Notes under the pieces: model-generated | The model's input: only the letters and a program-made list of their open reading frames with translations | What the model was told of the DNA's origin: nothing | Databases searched by the model: none | In this document: positions 1 to 25,470 of the stretch, piece by piece | How positions within the stretch are numbered: position 1 is the first letter of the stretch | Layout of the letters: the number at the start of each line of letters is the position of its first letter | Made by a program: the position numbers and the translations under genes | Assembly: GCF_009914755.1 (NCBI RefSeq) | Contig: NC_060925.1 | Source: the human T2T-CHM13v2.0 reference genome, Homo sapiens | Reading direction: 5' to 3' (one strand) | DNA: 64,000 nt

Positions 1-595
1 AGGGGAGGGTGGGGGAGACTACAGTGGAGCCAGGGGAGGAAAAAGGACCAGGAAGGAGGGAAGAAGGAGCTCTGGGGGACAGATCTTCCCTGTCACCTTC
101 CCCTCGCCCATGCAGGGGCAGGGCAGTGTGGCCCATAGGATTCCTTTGGGCATGGAATGCCCTTGCCCACCAACCTCACCCGAGAACCCTCAAAAGTCAC
201 TTCCCCCACTCATCACTCTGCCCTCACAGAACCTCAGCACTCTTGGCCACCTCATCCTAGGGCATTTACCACATACCCATCCCATTCGTGATCCTGGGAC
301 TCCTCCCCACTTCCCTGTATCCTTACCCTCACTATCAGCACGTTTGCCCCCTTCTGCCTGTGCGGGAACCATGCGAGGGGAAATTCACCCCGTGCTTATG
401 CACAACCCACTCCCCAGGCTAAGTGCCAGGCCCGCACATCTATTATTTCATTCGATCCCTGCAATAATTGCATGGAGGCCAGGCGCAATGGCTCACGCCT
501 GTAATCCCAGCACTTTGGGAGGCTGAGTCGGGCGGGTCACGAGGTCAGGAGATCGAGACCATCCTGGCTAACACAGTGAAACCCCATCTCTACTA

Positions 596-751
<156 letters not shown>

Positions 752-766
752 TCAGACTCTGTCTCA

Positions 767-949
<183 letters not shown>

Positions 950-986
<37 letters not shown>

Positions 987-987
987 T
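950..987. repeat. (AAT)~12 microsatellite derived from an Alu tail
   Basis: Direct reading. Confidence 0.93.
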
Positions 988-2578
988 GCATAGAGAAAGT
1001 AGTCTTGACCCCATTTTATGATGAAGAAAAGGTGAGGCTCAGAGAGGTTAGGTAACTTTCCCAAGTTTCCACAGCTGGGCCCCCGACCCCACCCCTCTCT
1101 GCACTGTCTCCCTGTTCACCAGCTGCCTTTATTGGATGTGGCTTGCGGCACTTAGGCAGAGCACCTGTTATACAAACAAATGAGCTGTCCATTATCTGGC
1201 CATCTCCCACCTGCCTGCAGGGACGGGCCAGGGTGAGCTTAAGCCCTGGGGGACTGCATCTCAGAGCCTGTCCCACAAACCGCCTCAGGTTCCCTCTGAG
1301 ACTGTCCCACACCCAGCCCCCTCTCTAGCTCTTTCCTTTACCTTCTCTACTGACTCCCCCCATTTGCTCCCAGCAGATACAGATATAGCACTTGGTGCCA
1401 TATCTCCTTTATCCCCAGGAGAGCCAGGCAAGTGGGGCGTAGAAGGAATAGCATGGTGTAGATCCAAGCCCCATCAAATGTACCCCACCTGAGTTCTTTT
1501 TTTTTTTTGAGACTGAGTCTTGCTCTGTCGCCCAGGTTGGAGTGCAGTGGTGCAATCTTGGCTCACTGCAACCTCCACCTCCCGGGTTCAAGCCATATTC
1601 TCCTGACTCAGCCTCCTGAGTAGTAGCTGGGACCACAGACACGCGCCACCACGCCCAACTAATTTTTGTATTTTTAGTAGAGCTGGGGTTTCACTATGTT
1701 GGCCAGGTTGGTCTGAAACTCCTGACCTCAGGTGATCTGCCCACCCGGCCTCCTAAAGTGCTAGGATTACAGGAGTGAACCACCTCACCTGGCCTTTTTT
1801 TTTTTTTTTTTTTTTTTGAGTTTTGAGAGAGGGTCTCGCTCTGTTGCCCAGGCTGGAGCACAGTGATGCCATCTCGGTTCACTGTAGCCTCTACTTCCTG
1901 GGCTTGCCCCTGTTGGCCTGTGCGGGAACCATGCGAGGGGAAATGCACACTGAGAGTGAGAGTGAGACTCAGTCTCCAAGAAAAAAAAAAAAAAGAGAGA
2001 GAGAGAGAGAGATGGGGTTTCACCACATTACCCAGGCTGGTCTCGAATTCCTGAACTCAAGTTTGCCCACGTCAGCCTCCCAACGTGCCGGGATTGCAGG
2101 CATGAGCCACTGCGCCTGGCTCCCCATCTGAGTTCTGAATACCATCACCTTTCGGAGCCTTAGTTTTTTCACCTGGTCAGTGGGGACATAATTCCTGCCT
2201 TTGCCCACCTCGCAATGTGTAGGAGTCTATAAAAAGGAAATAGTATGTGATAAAATGTACAACTGAAAACACTGGACTGTAATAAAATGTTACACAAATG
2301 TAAGGGATTCCAAGTTGGTTGTAACATAGGCATTAAACTATAACTTCTCAAAGATATTGACCATAAAACTTACAGAGCCATGGGAAAAGAATAAAGAAAT
2401 GTGCATGTTCCTGAGCCTTAACTTCTATGGGTGATTTTTTTCTCTCTGCATTTGTGTTTCTCTACGTTTTCTGCACTAATCATGTATTCCTTCTGGAATT
2501 AGAAAAAAAAAGGCAGAGCACAGTGGTTCATGCCTGTAATCCCAGCACTTTAGGAGGCCAAGGTGGGCAGATCACTTA

Positions 2579-2839
<261 letters not shown>

Positions 2840-3550
2840 TCACACCTGTAATATCAGCACTTTGGGTGGCCGAGGGGGGGTGGATCACAAGGTCAGGAGA
2901 TCGAGACCATCCTGGCTAACATGGTGAAACCCCAACTCTACTAAAAATACAAAAAAAAATTAACTGGGCATGGTGGTGGGCACCTGTAGTCCCAGCTACT
3001 CAGGAGGCTGAGGCAGGAGAATGGTGTGTACATGGGAGGCAGAGCTTGCAGTGAGCCGAGATCACGCCACTGCACTCAAGCCTGGGCGACAGAGTGAGAC
3101 TCTGTCTCAAAAAAAAGAAAAAGAGAAAAAAATTATATAAAAGTAATGCTTCTGAAATAAAAGTATCTAACTCCTGGTCTTATATACTGTGTTATAGTGA
3201 AAAATTTTAGCCAGGGGTGGAAAAGAGGTTTATCGGCTGTACCAAGAGTGAATGTCCTCCTGCCAGTCCCTCACCCAGCTTTCCCACCCTGGATGCCAAA
3301 GTTGAGGAGCTGGAAAGGACAGATTTCTCCCCAGCCAAAATCACAAGGAAGGGATTCCTGGCCCTATGTCTCTTTGCTCTTCTCCCCTGCCTGAAGCATT
3401 GCAGTCTAGGAGAAACCCTTCCCATGAGCCTCAGAGTTCACAAGCAACAATTGTTCTGAGCTTCTCACCTTCCTGAGCTCCAGACCCTCACCTCCAACCG
3501 CCCCTGGGACTCCTCATTCTAGAAGTTCCACTGGTTTCTCAAATGCAACA

Positions 3551-4515
<965 letters not shown>

Positions 4516-6240
4516 AAATTTATATAATGTCCCAAACTGAACTCTCCATTCGTCCTTCCTAGGCCTGTTCCTCCCGTGCGTTTCCTATCGATAAGGAGCA
4601 CTCCTGCCCACCAAGCCACCCCGGACTTCTCCCAGACTCATGCTCATGGCTCAGCTCTCACCTATCTCTGTCCTCTGCTCCCCACCTCCTCTGCCACTCC
4701 TCTGCTCCCCCCATCTCCTCCAGTAGCAACAGTCAGGGGAGCAGAGGACAGAGAGCTGAGCCAGAGTATTCACTGAACAAGCTCTCACCTCTCTACCTGC
4801 GTTCTTTGTTCCCTCCTCCCTGAATGGGAATGCCTACTTATTCTCCAAAGCCCATTTCAAATAGACTCTCTTCTATGAAGCACTCCCCACCCCAGATAAA
4901 CATTCCTTCCTCTGTGAGTCTACAGCTTGTTATACTACTTATACCTCTATTATACTTCTTATCATGTATTCTAATTATACATTTGCCAGAATTATACCTT
5001 CTTTTTTTTTTGTTTTTGAGATGGAGTCTCGCTCTGTCACCCAGGCTGGAGTGCAGTGGCACGATCTTGGCTCACTGCAACCTCTGCCTCCCAGGTTCAA
5101 GCAATTCTCTGCCTCAGCCTCCTGAGTAGCTGGGACAACAGGTGCGCACCGCCATGCCCGGCTAATTTTTGTATTTTTAGTAGAGATGGGGGTTTCACCA
5201 TGTTGGCCAGGCTGGTCTTGAACTCCTGACCTCGTGATCCACCTCGGCCTCCCAAAGTGCTGGGATTACAGGCATGAGGCACCGCGTCCAGCCCCAGAAT
5301 TATACATTCTTTAGGACAAGGATGTATTTCAGAGTCCCTAGTGCCTCCCAGTGTAGTGTTTGGCTTAAATGATTAGTAAATTTCTGGTGGAAAAGGCCCC
5401 AATATAAAGCATCTTCTGGCCGGGCACAATGGCTCATGCCTGTAATCCCAGCACTTTGGGAGGCCGAGGCGGGTTGATCACCTGAGGTTGGGAGTTCAAG
5501 ACCAGCTGGCCAACATGGCAAAACCCTGTCTCTACTAAAAATACAAAAATTAGCTGGGCATGGTGGCGTGCGCCTGTAATCCCAGCTACTCAGGAGGCTG
5601 GGACAAAATAATCACTTGAACCCAGGAGGCAGAGGTTGCAGTGAGCCTAGATTGCACCACTGCACTCAGCCTGGGCGACAGAGTGAGACTCCTTCTCAAA
5701 AAAATGAATAAATAAATAAAAATAAACCACCTTCTGCTGCTTTCTGTGCAGGAACCTGAGTCCCATCCTTCTGAGCTTCTGCCTCTCTCATCTCCCTCCC
5801 ACTCTCCCATCCTATCCAATTTCCTCTTCCCTGCAGTGGACTTCTGGGGAGAATTCCACCTTCCCTCACAGAGTCTGGCCCCCTTCTGAGTGGGATGTGG
5901 GGAGGAAATTTTATAGAATATGTCCAGGGGAGTGGCAGGAGATGAGACAGAGGTGGTGTGGGGGCCATGTTGCCAAAGGCCTTAAATGCCACGCTGAAGG
6001 ATTTTGAAATTACTCTGTAGCCCATAGATAATTAAGTAGAAACAGATCTTTTAGTTATAGTCACCTCGATTCTCAAGAAGATAACTGGACTAGTATCAAA
6101 AGATCTGGCTTTGGTTTGGCAATATCAAAAGCTTTTTCACACATCTGTAAGCCCAAATGTAAGCCGGTCCATAGTAGGTGCTCCATAAGTGTTTGTTGTT
6201 AAGTCAATTGCAGGGTTCTTTTTTTTTTTTTTTTTCGTGA

Positions 6241-6345
<105 letters not shown>

Positions 6346-6840
6346 TGAGTAGCTGAGATTACAAGCATGTGCCACCCTGCCCGGCTAATTTTGTATTTTT
6401 TGTAGAGACGGGGTTTCACCTTGTTGTCCAGGCTGATCTCGAACTCCTGACCTCAGGTGATCCACCCGCCTCAGCCTCCCAAAGTTCTGGGATTACAGGC
6501 GTGAGCCACTGCACCTGGCAATTGCAAGGTTATTTCTAAGTTCTTTTTTAGAGACTGTCTAGCTCTGTCACCCAGGCTGCAGTGTAGAGGCATAGTCACA
6601 GCTCACTGTAACCTCAACTCCCGGACTCAAGTGATCCTCCTGCCTCAGCCTCCAGAGTAGCATGCACTATGTACCCCAGCTAACTTATTATTATTATTAT
6701 TATTATTTTGTGTACAGACGGGTTCTCAAAATGTCACCCAGGCTAATTTCTAACTCCTGGTCTTACACGATCCTCCCAGGTCAGCCTCCCAATAGTCCTA
6801 AGTTCTTTTTCTTTTTCTTTTTTTTTTTTTTTTTTTTTGA

Positions 6841-7056
<216 letters not shown>

Positions 7057-7344
7057 TGATCTGTCCGCCTCAGCCTCCCAAAGGGCTGGGATTAGAGGTG
7101 TGAGCCACCATGCCCGGCCAATAGTCCTAAATTCTAAGAGCCAATCCACCCAACTGCTCAGCAACTGAGGGATGTCTGAATGTGCATGGATATGTTTATT
7201 TCTGTCCTGCTTTCATTGCAATGGCAAACTCTGAAATACTCACGTAATGAAGCATTACACTCCCTTTAAAACATTGTTTACAAAGGGTTTATAACATGGA
7301 AAATGTCTTCTGTTGTAAAGGGAAAAAAAGAAGCACACAATTGA

Positions 7345-7932
<588 letters not shown>

Positions 7933-8097
7933 TGACCCCTGGGGCTGAGCCAGGTTTCACTTGCCCCAGGGCCCTGCAGCTCTGGCCTTCCCCTCCCCAA
8001 ACTGCAGGGCACCCAGCAAAGGAGTCGCAATCCAGTACCTGCACCTGTTCCCAACTGGAAATGCTGCCTCCAGGCAGCCAGGGCCTACCCCAAGACC

Positions 8098-8169
8098 TCA
8101 GAGGAATTTCCTCTGAGGAAATTCCTGCCCTCCCAGGAATTTCCAGAAAGGACTCATGGAGGAATTTCC
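8098..8169. promoter_or_regulatory. Cluster of four NF-kB/Rel-type sites (candidate enhancer)
   Basis: GGAATTTCC at 8103-8111, GGAAATTCC at 8117-8125, GGAATTTCC at 8136-8144 and GGAATTTCC at 8161-8169. Confidence 0.65.
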
Positions 8170-11100
8170 TAGACATGCAGACAGGCAGACAGACAGACAC
8201 CTCAGGCAGCTCTCGTCACTAAGCGCAGATGTTTGCCTGCGGGTGACGTGCTGGGAGCCAACACAAGCACACAATTTTGCGGCGAGAGGCAGCACGAAGC
8301 AAGAATGGAGAGCAGACCCACCCGGGCAGGCTGGGGGCTGGCATGAGGAAGGGACTGGGAGGGGGCCCCAGAGTTGGTCAGCAGATCGAGTCTCCAGGAA
8401 CAGAAGTCCCTACTATTATCTCTGTCTGAATGGCACAGTGCCCTGCAACTCTCCTCTCAGCACAGCAGGCATTGCAGGGGCTCCAGGAAGGGTCAGGGTA
8501 GTGTGACTGTGAGTGGTAGGGCCGCAGTCTGGGCTTGAGCACTTAGCAAGTTTGCTGTCCTGGTGGCTTGTCAATATCCCCTACCGGCCTGGGGGCTCCC
8601 CAAGGTAGTGATTTTATCTTAAACCCATCCTTACACTCTCGGTGCCCATCGCAACACCCAGCTCATCACAACACTCAGTGTCTAGGGCTGCTCCAGTAGG
8701 GTGGATGATCGACCCCCATATGGATAGGGGAGTGGATAGAGAGTGATGGGATCAATGCCCTAAGTGAGATGAGAATACTGGGGACAGCACCAAAGCAGGG
8801 AAAGAGGGCTCCGGGTCCTGTCGGTGCGCAGAATTTCCATGCACGCTTCTGCACCCAGCTTGCTCCAGACCTAGACGCAGGCAAGAGCTGACGTGGCCCC
8901 GCCAGACTGGGCCCAGCGAGCCCGAACCTGCCTGGCCCAAGCAGCTGCAGCGTGGGACTTCACACGTCCCCGCCCAGTCCCAGTGGTCAGAGAAACCAGG
9001 GAATCCGGCCCAAAGCTGTCTCCTCCAGGAGGCAACCCGGGCCACCTGCTCTAAAGAGCTACCAGCATCCCTCCCCTCTTCAACCCCCCTGCTGGCTCCT
9101 TTTCAGAACAGTTATGTCCAGCAGAAGTTAAGTTCCTTCACTGAACAGTGAGTGATTTCACTCACTCCACAGATATTTACTGACCATCTACTGTATGTGC
9201 TAGATGCTGTGCCAGGTGCTGGCAGTAAGATAATGAACAAAACAAAAACCCATGTCCTCCTGGAGCTTTGACTCTATGGAATGCCCGAACTGGGAGGCAG
9301 TACTCTCGCCGGGGCCACGTGGGAGGTCGACACCCAGGTGTCCTCCTAGGTGAGCAAAAGGCGCGTGAGGTGCCGCCCTGGGAGCAGTCGGCGGGTGGAC
9401 TTCGTCCTGGGCGAGAGGAGCGGGCCGCACCTCGGACAAACGCTTGGCTGGGCACGTCGCCTGGGGCAGGTGCCCGAGGGAGAGGGGGGTGGCGCTGGCC
9501 GTGCGCAAAACCCGGCCCTGACCCGGCCACGGGGTTAGAGGCCGTTGGTACTCTATGTTTATTGTAAACGCAGCGAATACGGCCTCCAGCGGCCTCAGCG
9601 CACGTGGTGGTGCAGTGGGGAGCCGGCTGGGCCCTCCCCAGCTCCAGGCTCCTCCCCGGCGGGGTCAGCGCCAGACTTGCTGCGGCGTCCGGGCCCCGCG
9701 TAATTACAGGGGCTGTAGCCAGGCCTGGCCGTAAAATAGGAGGATGAAACGGCCTGGGAACTGGAGAAGCTGGGCCGGAGCTGGCCAGGGGCCCCGGGTC
9801 CGTGGCTTCCCGCGATGCGCAGCCGCAGGGAAGGGCCGGCTGAGGATGCGCACACACACTCACAACACCAACCTGGCGCGCACACAGCCACACAACCACA
9901 CACGTAAACCACCAAACGCACGCAGACACACAGCATTCGGCTCTCCCACTCCAGGCTCACTCGTGAGCCTAATCAAACACCTGCCCGCCCTCTCCACCCC
10001 AGGAGCTGACACCCGCCCGCCAAGCCCTCTCCAGACGGCAGCAGATCCAGGCGGGGAGAAGAGCCCCGAGAGGCAAATTCCAGTGGGTTTGTTTACACAG
10101 CGCGGGGGAGGGGGCCTGAGCCGGGTACTGGGGCCCGACTGACTGGGAGCCCCAGCTCAGACTGGGCCAGCTCCAGCTGTGCAGCCTGAGGACTGCGCAC
10201 AAACGCCCCTCCGTTCCACCCCACCCCCGCTGCACGCCGGTACGCGTCTCCCCTCCTCTTCACACGCTGTTCACAAACATTAGCATACGTCTGTCAAAGA
10301 GTTTCACACGCTTCCACACACGCGGCTGTGATACTACTCACAAATGCTTTCATGCTAGCGCGCCATCACACGTATTTCATGTGTGGTTACAGTTTGTCAC
10401 CCTTCATGCCCAGATTCTCACAGTCCATATTCAAGAGCCTGTTCGCACGGTGTACGCGTGTGTTGTTACATATACTCAGGTTATTAGCGCTCTTTGACTT
10501 ATCTAAAATAAGAACGGCCCCCTCTCGAGCCCAGGGTCCCGCGTGTCGCTCCTGCGGGCAGGCACTGATGTGATGGACAGAGGCGTCCTTAGCCCCGGCC
10601 GCACACGTTACACACTCGATCACACAAAGCGTTGCACTTTATTCCCGGCATCTAGGCGATGACACAATCTCCAGAACAAAGACAACATTGACAAACCCAA
10701 CAAAAACAAACAGCCGCGTGTGTGTGGGGAGGGGCAGTCAAGCGCAGAGTCCGGGAAGGGGATGGGGGAGGAGGAGAGTGTGGGAACGCGGGCGCCCGAG
10801 CCTGGGCATGCGAGGCTCAGAAAGGTGCGGGGCATGTCAACAACCTCGCACCCTGCAAGGTCCGCGCGCGGAGCAGCAAAGCCGTGTCCCGCACCCCCGC
10901 GTTCGCAGACTCGCACTTGCGAGTTCTTCCCTTCTCCCGCACGCGACTGCGCCCAGGGACGCAAGCCCACCACCGGGACAGGCTCACAAAGCTCCACGCA
11001 GACCCACAAGTGAGCGAACACACATCTCTGAGCAGATCTGCGGGGGCAGAGGAGCGCGCTTCGCTCTTTCCTGCACCCCCAGCCTCCTCGCCTCCCCACC

Positions 11101-11325
11101 CCGCCCCTCCTCCACCTCCCCAGCCCCCAAGCCCCCAGGCAGCCGCGCGCCGGGCGGGGCGAGGGCGGGGCGGGGTGTCGGGCGGCGCCGGCCCAAAAGG
11201 CGGAGTCGCTAGGCGAAGGGGCCAGATCTGTGAGCCCAGCGCTGACTGCGCCGCGGAGAAAGCCAGTGGGAACCCAGACCCATAGGAGACCCGCGTCCCC
11301 GCTCGGCCTGGCCAGGCCCCGCGCT

Positions 11326-17423
<6,098 letters not shown>

Positions 17424-18189
17424 AGGTGTGTGCCACACCTGGCCTTAAAGAGGGACAGGCTGAAGAGAGGGACAGGCACTCCAAACCTGTCTTGGGGCCA
17501 CTTTCAGAGCCCCCAGCCCTGGGAACCACTCCCACCACAGGCATAAGCTATCACCTAGCAGCCTCAAAACGGGTCAATATTAAGGTTTTCAACCGGAAGG
17601 AGGCCAACCAGCCCGACAGTGCCATCCCCACCTTCACCTCGGAGGGATGGAGAAAGAAGTGGAGACAGTCCTTTCCCACCATTCCTGCCTTTAAGCCAAA
17701 GAAACAAGCTGTGCAGGCATGGTCCCTTAAGGCACAGTGGGAGCTGAGCTGGAAGGGGCCACGTGGATGGGCAAAGCTTGTCAAAGATGCCCCCTCCAGG
17801 AGAGAGCCAGGATGCCCAGATGAACTGACTGAAGGAAAAGCAAGAAACAGTTTCTTGCTTGGAAGCCAGGTACAGGAGAGGCAGCATGCTTGGGCTGACC
17901 CAGCATCTCCCAGCAAGACCTCATCTGTGGAGCTGCCACAGAGAAGTTTGTAGCCAGGTACTGCATTCTCTCCCATCCTGGGGCAGCACTCCCCAGAGCT
18001 GTGCCAGCAGGGGGGCTGTGCCAACCTGTTCTTAGAGTGTAGCTGTAAGGGCAGTGCCCATGTGTACATTCTGCCTAGAGTGTAGCCTAAAGGGCAGGGC
18101 CCACGTGTATAGTATCTGTATATAAGTTGCTGTGTGTCTGTCCTGATTTCTACAACTGGAGTTTTTTTATACAATGTTCTTTGTCTCAA

Positions 18190-18240
18190 AATAAAGCAAT
18201 GTGTTTTTTCGGACATGCTTTTCTGCCACTCCATATTAAA
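18190..18240 (+). terminator. EFNA1 polyadenylation signals (AATAAA 18190-18195, ATTAAA 18235-18240)
   Basis: Two hexamers about 770 and 810 nt after the stop codon. The first is followed by a GU/U-rich stretch. Confidence 0.8.
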
Positions 18241-19267
18241 ACATATGACCATTGAGTCCCTGCTAAGTGCGAGGCTCTCTGTGCTACAACAGTAGCAACT
18301 GGGTTTGAATTTCTTTCTCTCCAAAGAATGTGTGCCCCTCACGAGGCCAAAAGGGTGGGATGTTTCCTCCTCTGAGGGCTGTCCAGGACCGGAGTGCTCC
18401 TGACAGCTGTCTCTCGGGTTCTGAGCTGCACTCCACTCTGGAAGTTCTTCCTATCCGACCTCTACCCCACTCCCACTCCGTCACCGCAGGGCTTTGGCAT
18501 ACTACCATTCAGGTACTCACGCTGTTTCGGTGAGTCAGGGAAGCTGGGAACGCCAGCTGAGGCATGCGGCCCCGCCCCACAGCCACACTAGCAGAGACGT
18601 GTGGGAGGCTGGGAGGGAAAGTTCCCAGTAACAAGTGGGTTGGACCGGGGGTCAGTGATAGAGGCGTCAGTGGATTGGCCACGTCATGTAAAGTTGACCC
18701 GAGAGGGAGGGCAAAAGAGGAAGGCTTGGTGATTCCTGGTAATGTGTTATTTTGAGAAAAAGCTTCGGCAGCACACTCCAGAAAAAAACTTCCCAAACCC
18801 TGGGCAACTGAGGTTCTGATGTGGAGCTCTGGATGGAAAGCGTGCTGAAGTCTTGTTAAACTAGCAAGCTTTTGTTTGGAGGTCCACCGCCGAAGGCGCA
18901 CAGGCCTGTGGGAACACGAGCGTTGAGACTGGGGGCGTCTAGATGATCCAAGGGGTAGGCAGAGTGTGAGCAGCGGCAGGTATCGGGGACACACCCGCGG
19001 AGCCCTAGGAAGGGGACTGACCGGGACATGGAAGAGGTCTGGACCAGGGTACTGGGAAGGCGCTCGGAGGAGAGGGGCGCGAGTTCCGGTTCGGCGTCGG
19101 AGGGAGGGTGGGGCTTCGGCGCAGTTTCCGGAGGGACGGCCCGAGCGTGCGGGGGCGGAGCCGAGTACGCGGGGCGGGGCTCCAGAGCCGCAGGTCTGGG
19201 CTGCAGTAGGTCCCGGCAACCGCAGGCTCGCGGCGGGCGCTGGGCGCGGGATCCGACTCTAGTCGTA

Positions 19268-21638
<2,371 letters not shown>

Positions 21639-21796
21639 GGCTGCTCATCTGACCACTGGGCACCTTAGTGCCAACCTGAACCAAAGAGACCTCCTTGTTT
21701 CAGCTGGGCCTGCTGTCCAGCTTCCCAGGTGCAGTGGGTTGTGGGAACAAGAGATGACTTTGAGGATAAAAGGACCAAAGAAAAAGCTTTACTTAG

Positions 21797-23160
<1,364 letters not shown>

Positions 23161-23319
23161 TCAAGAAGGTGGTTCTTTCACATTCACTTCTCGACCGTTA
23201 GTACATAGAATCCCCAATACCCGTTTTCCATACTCAAACTAAACGAAGTTAGAAAATAAACTGGCTCTTTAATGGGAAATGGGAGGAAGGGCTGTCCGCA
23301 CAGGAATGGGGTTAGGCTG

Positions 23320-23598
23320 TCAGAAGCGCAGCCCCCTGCGGGCTAAGTCGGCTCGGGCCTCCTGTATCTGGCTCTGCAGCTCGCGTGCGGCGTCCTCGCA
23401 GTCATGAAAAGTGGCCACACGATAGCCCACAGTGCCCAGGGCATAGCAGCCGGCGGACACCAGCAAGTAGGCGGGCAGTGGCCACAGGACTTCCTGGCAG
23501 GACAAGGGCAGCTCCAGGCCCAAGGCTCCCGTGGTCAGGGCCACCCAGGTGGAGCCCAGGATCGCTAGTCCCCAAAGCCACTGCGCTAATTTCGTCAT
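23320..23598 (-). CDS. DPM3: Dolichol-phosphate mannosyltransferase subunit 3, 92 aa (122-aa form from upstream ATG at 23688 when the intron is retained)
   Basis: Translation [92 protein letters not shown]. The 5'UTR intron runs 23604-23848 (AG|GTAAGT ... CAG). ATTAAA lies at 23268-23273 on the minus strand. Confidence 0.97.
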   Translation of the reverse strand: MTKLAQWLWGLAILGSTWVALTTGALGLELPLSCQEVLWPLPAYLLVSAGCYALGTVGYRVATFHDCEDAARELQSQIQEARADLARRGLRF

Positions 23599-23859
23599 GG
23601 TCACTGCGAGAGAAGGAAGCAATGCTCCCCTGAGGAGCAGAAAGGAAAAGCGGACCAAACTCAACCGAAGCCCGCCCACGGAGAGCATTAAAACCAGCCC
23701 TGGCCAGAGGGGAATCGCCGATCCCAGAGGTCCGAACTTGAGTGCCCACAAAAGGTGGAAGGGCCCCTTCCACCTTGCTACCCCCTCTATATTTGAGACC
23801 CACTCCCCATCTCTCGCCCTCCCCATTCAGCCTTCAACCTACACTTACCTCTACCCCAC

Positions 23860-24100
23860 GTCTCCCCTTCCCCGCGCGGCCCGGATGTTGGCGTCCGGAA
23901 GTCCTCCCTGGTTCACGTTCCGCTTCCGCGCGGCCTTCTGGGAGTTGTAGTTCACATGGCGGCGCCTGGTGTACTCCTGGCCAGCGCCTCAATCTAGGCG
24001 GGGGTACAGTGGGCTGTGCTCCGCAAACGGGGAGCAGGCCGGGTCTGGAGAGGCCTCGGCGCTGCTTTCCCACCTTGGGCTACGCTCCAGGCTGGCGTGG
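23860..24100 (-). promoter_or_regulatory. DPM3 housekeeping promoter (ETS, ZNF143/THAP11-type and YY1-like motifs)
   Basis: CCGGAAGT at 23895-23902, GAACTACAACTCCCAGA on the minus strand at 23937-23953, and CATGGCGGC near 23955-23963. Confidence 0.75.
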
Positions 24101-25121
24101 GGCTTGAGGACATCCTTAAATGTTGCAACAAGATGGGAATATAATACCATTCCCCTTAAACTCAATTCTCCAGCGCTGAAATCCATTCCTTCATTCACTA
24201 GTTCATTCATTCGAAGATTTCTTTCTTTCCATTCTTGACAGGGTCTCTCTATAGTGCCTAGGCGGGACAGAACTCCTTTTTTTTTTTTTTTTTTTTTTTT
24301 TTGAGACAAAGTCTCGCTCTGTTGCCCATGCTGGAGTACAGTGGCTCGATCTCAGCTCACTGCAACCTCTGTCTCCCGAGCAGCTGGGATTACAGGCGCG
24401 CGCCACCACGCCGGGCTAATTTTTTTATTTTTAGCAGAGAACGGGGATTTCACTATGTTGGCCAGGCTGGTCTCAAACTCCTGACCTCAAGTGACTGGCC
24501 CACCTCAGCCTTCCAAAGTGCTAGGATTACAGGCATGAGCCACAGCGCCCGGCCAGAACATTTCTTGATTACCATGATAGACTTTGGAGATACAGAGATG
24601 TCAAGAGACTCGACCCCTTTCAGGTGGAGGGGGAAAGCAGGAGTCAGTGAAGCAGTTGCATTGACAACTAACCATGAAGGCTTGAGATTATTGTTAGAAC
24701 AGAGGTAGTCATATTTTTACAAGGACAACAACCAATATAACTTGGAGCCAGAGGAAGAAGGGCTCCAGGAGTCTGGGTTTCAAAAAAAAAGAAAAGAAAA
24801 GAAAGACCAGAAGAATTACCTGAAGTGGTGAAGGCATTGAAAGAAAGAGTATAATTCTTTAGAACAGTTTTGGGGATGAATTTATTATGTATAGAGAGAA
24901 AGAGAGAGAGAGAACAAAGTAAGAGAAAAGGTTAGGCAATTATCAACTTCAGAGGAAACAAAGAGTTATATAAGAAAGGAAAGACAATTGATAAGCCTGT
25001 CTTATAAAGACCACATCTGTAGTTTGACAGTTAGGTTTATTAACTTGCCACAACAGAGAGATCACACACTAGAAGAACTGTGGGGCAACTCATTAAAAAG
25101 GAAGAAATATGGTCATTCAGA

Positions 25122-25470
25122 TGATATGGTTTGGCTGTGTCCCCACCCAAATTTCAAGTTGATGTGTATCTCCCAGAATTCCCACGTGCGAGGGACCTAA
25201 GGGGAGGTAATTGAATCACGGGGGCCAGACTTTCCCGTGCTATTTTCATGATAGTGAATAAGTCTCACAAGATCTGATGAGTTCATCAGGGGTTTCTGCT
25301 TTTGCTTCTTCCTCATTTTTCTCTTGCCACCGCCATGTAAGAAGTGCCTTTGTCTCCCGCCATGATTCTGAGGCCTCCCCAGCAATGTGGAACTGTAAGT
25401 CCAATTAAACCTCTTTTTGTTTGCAGTTTCGGGTATGTCTTTATCAGTAATGTGAAAATGAACTAATACA
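25122..25470 (+). mobile_element. THE1 (ERVL-MaLR) solo LTR
   Basis: Begins TGATATGGTTTGGCTGTGTCCCCACCCAAAT, ends ...AACTAATACA, about 350 bp. Confidence 0.92.
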
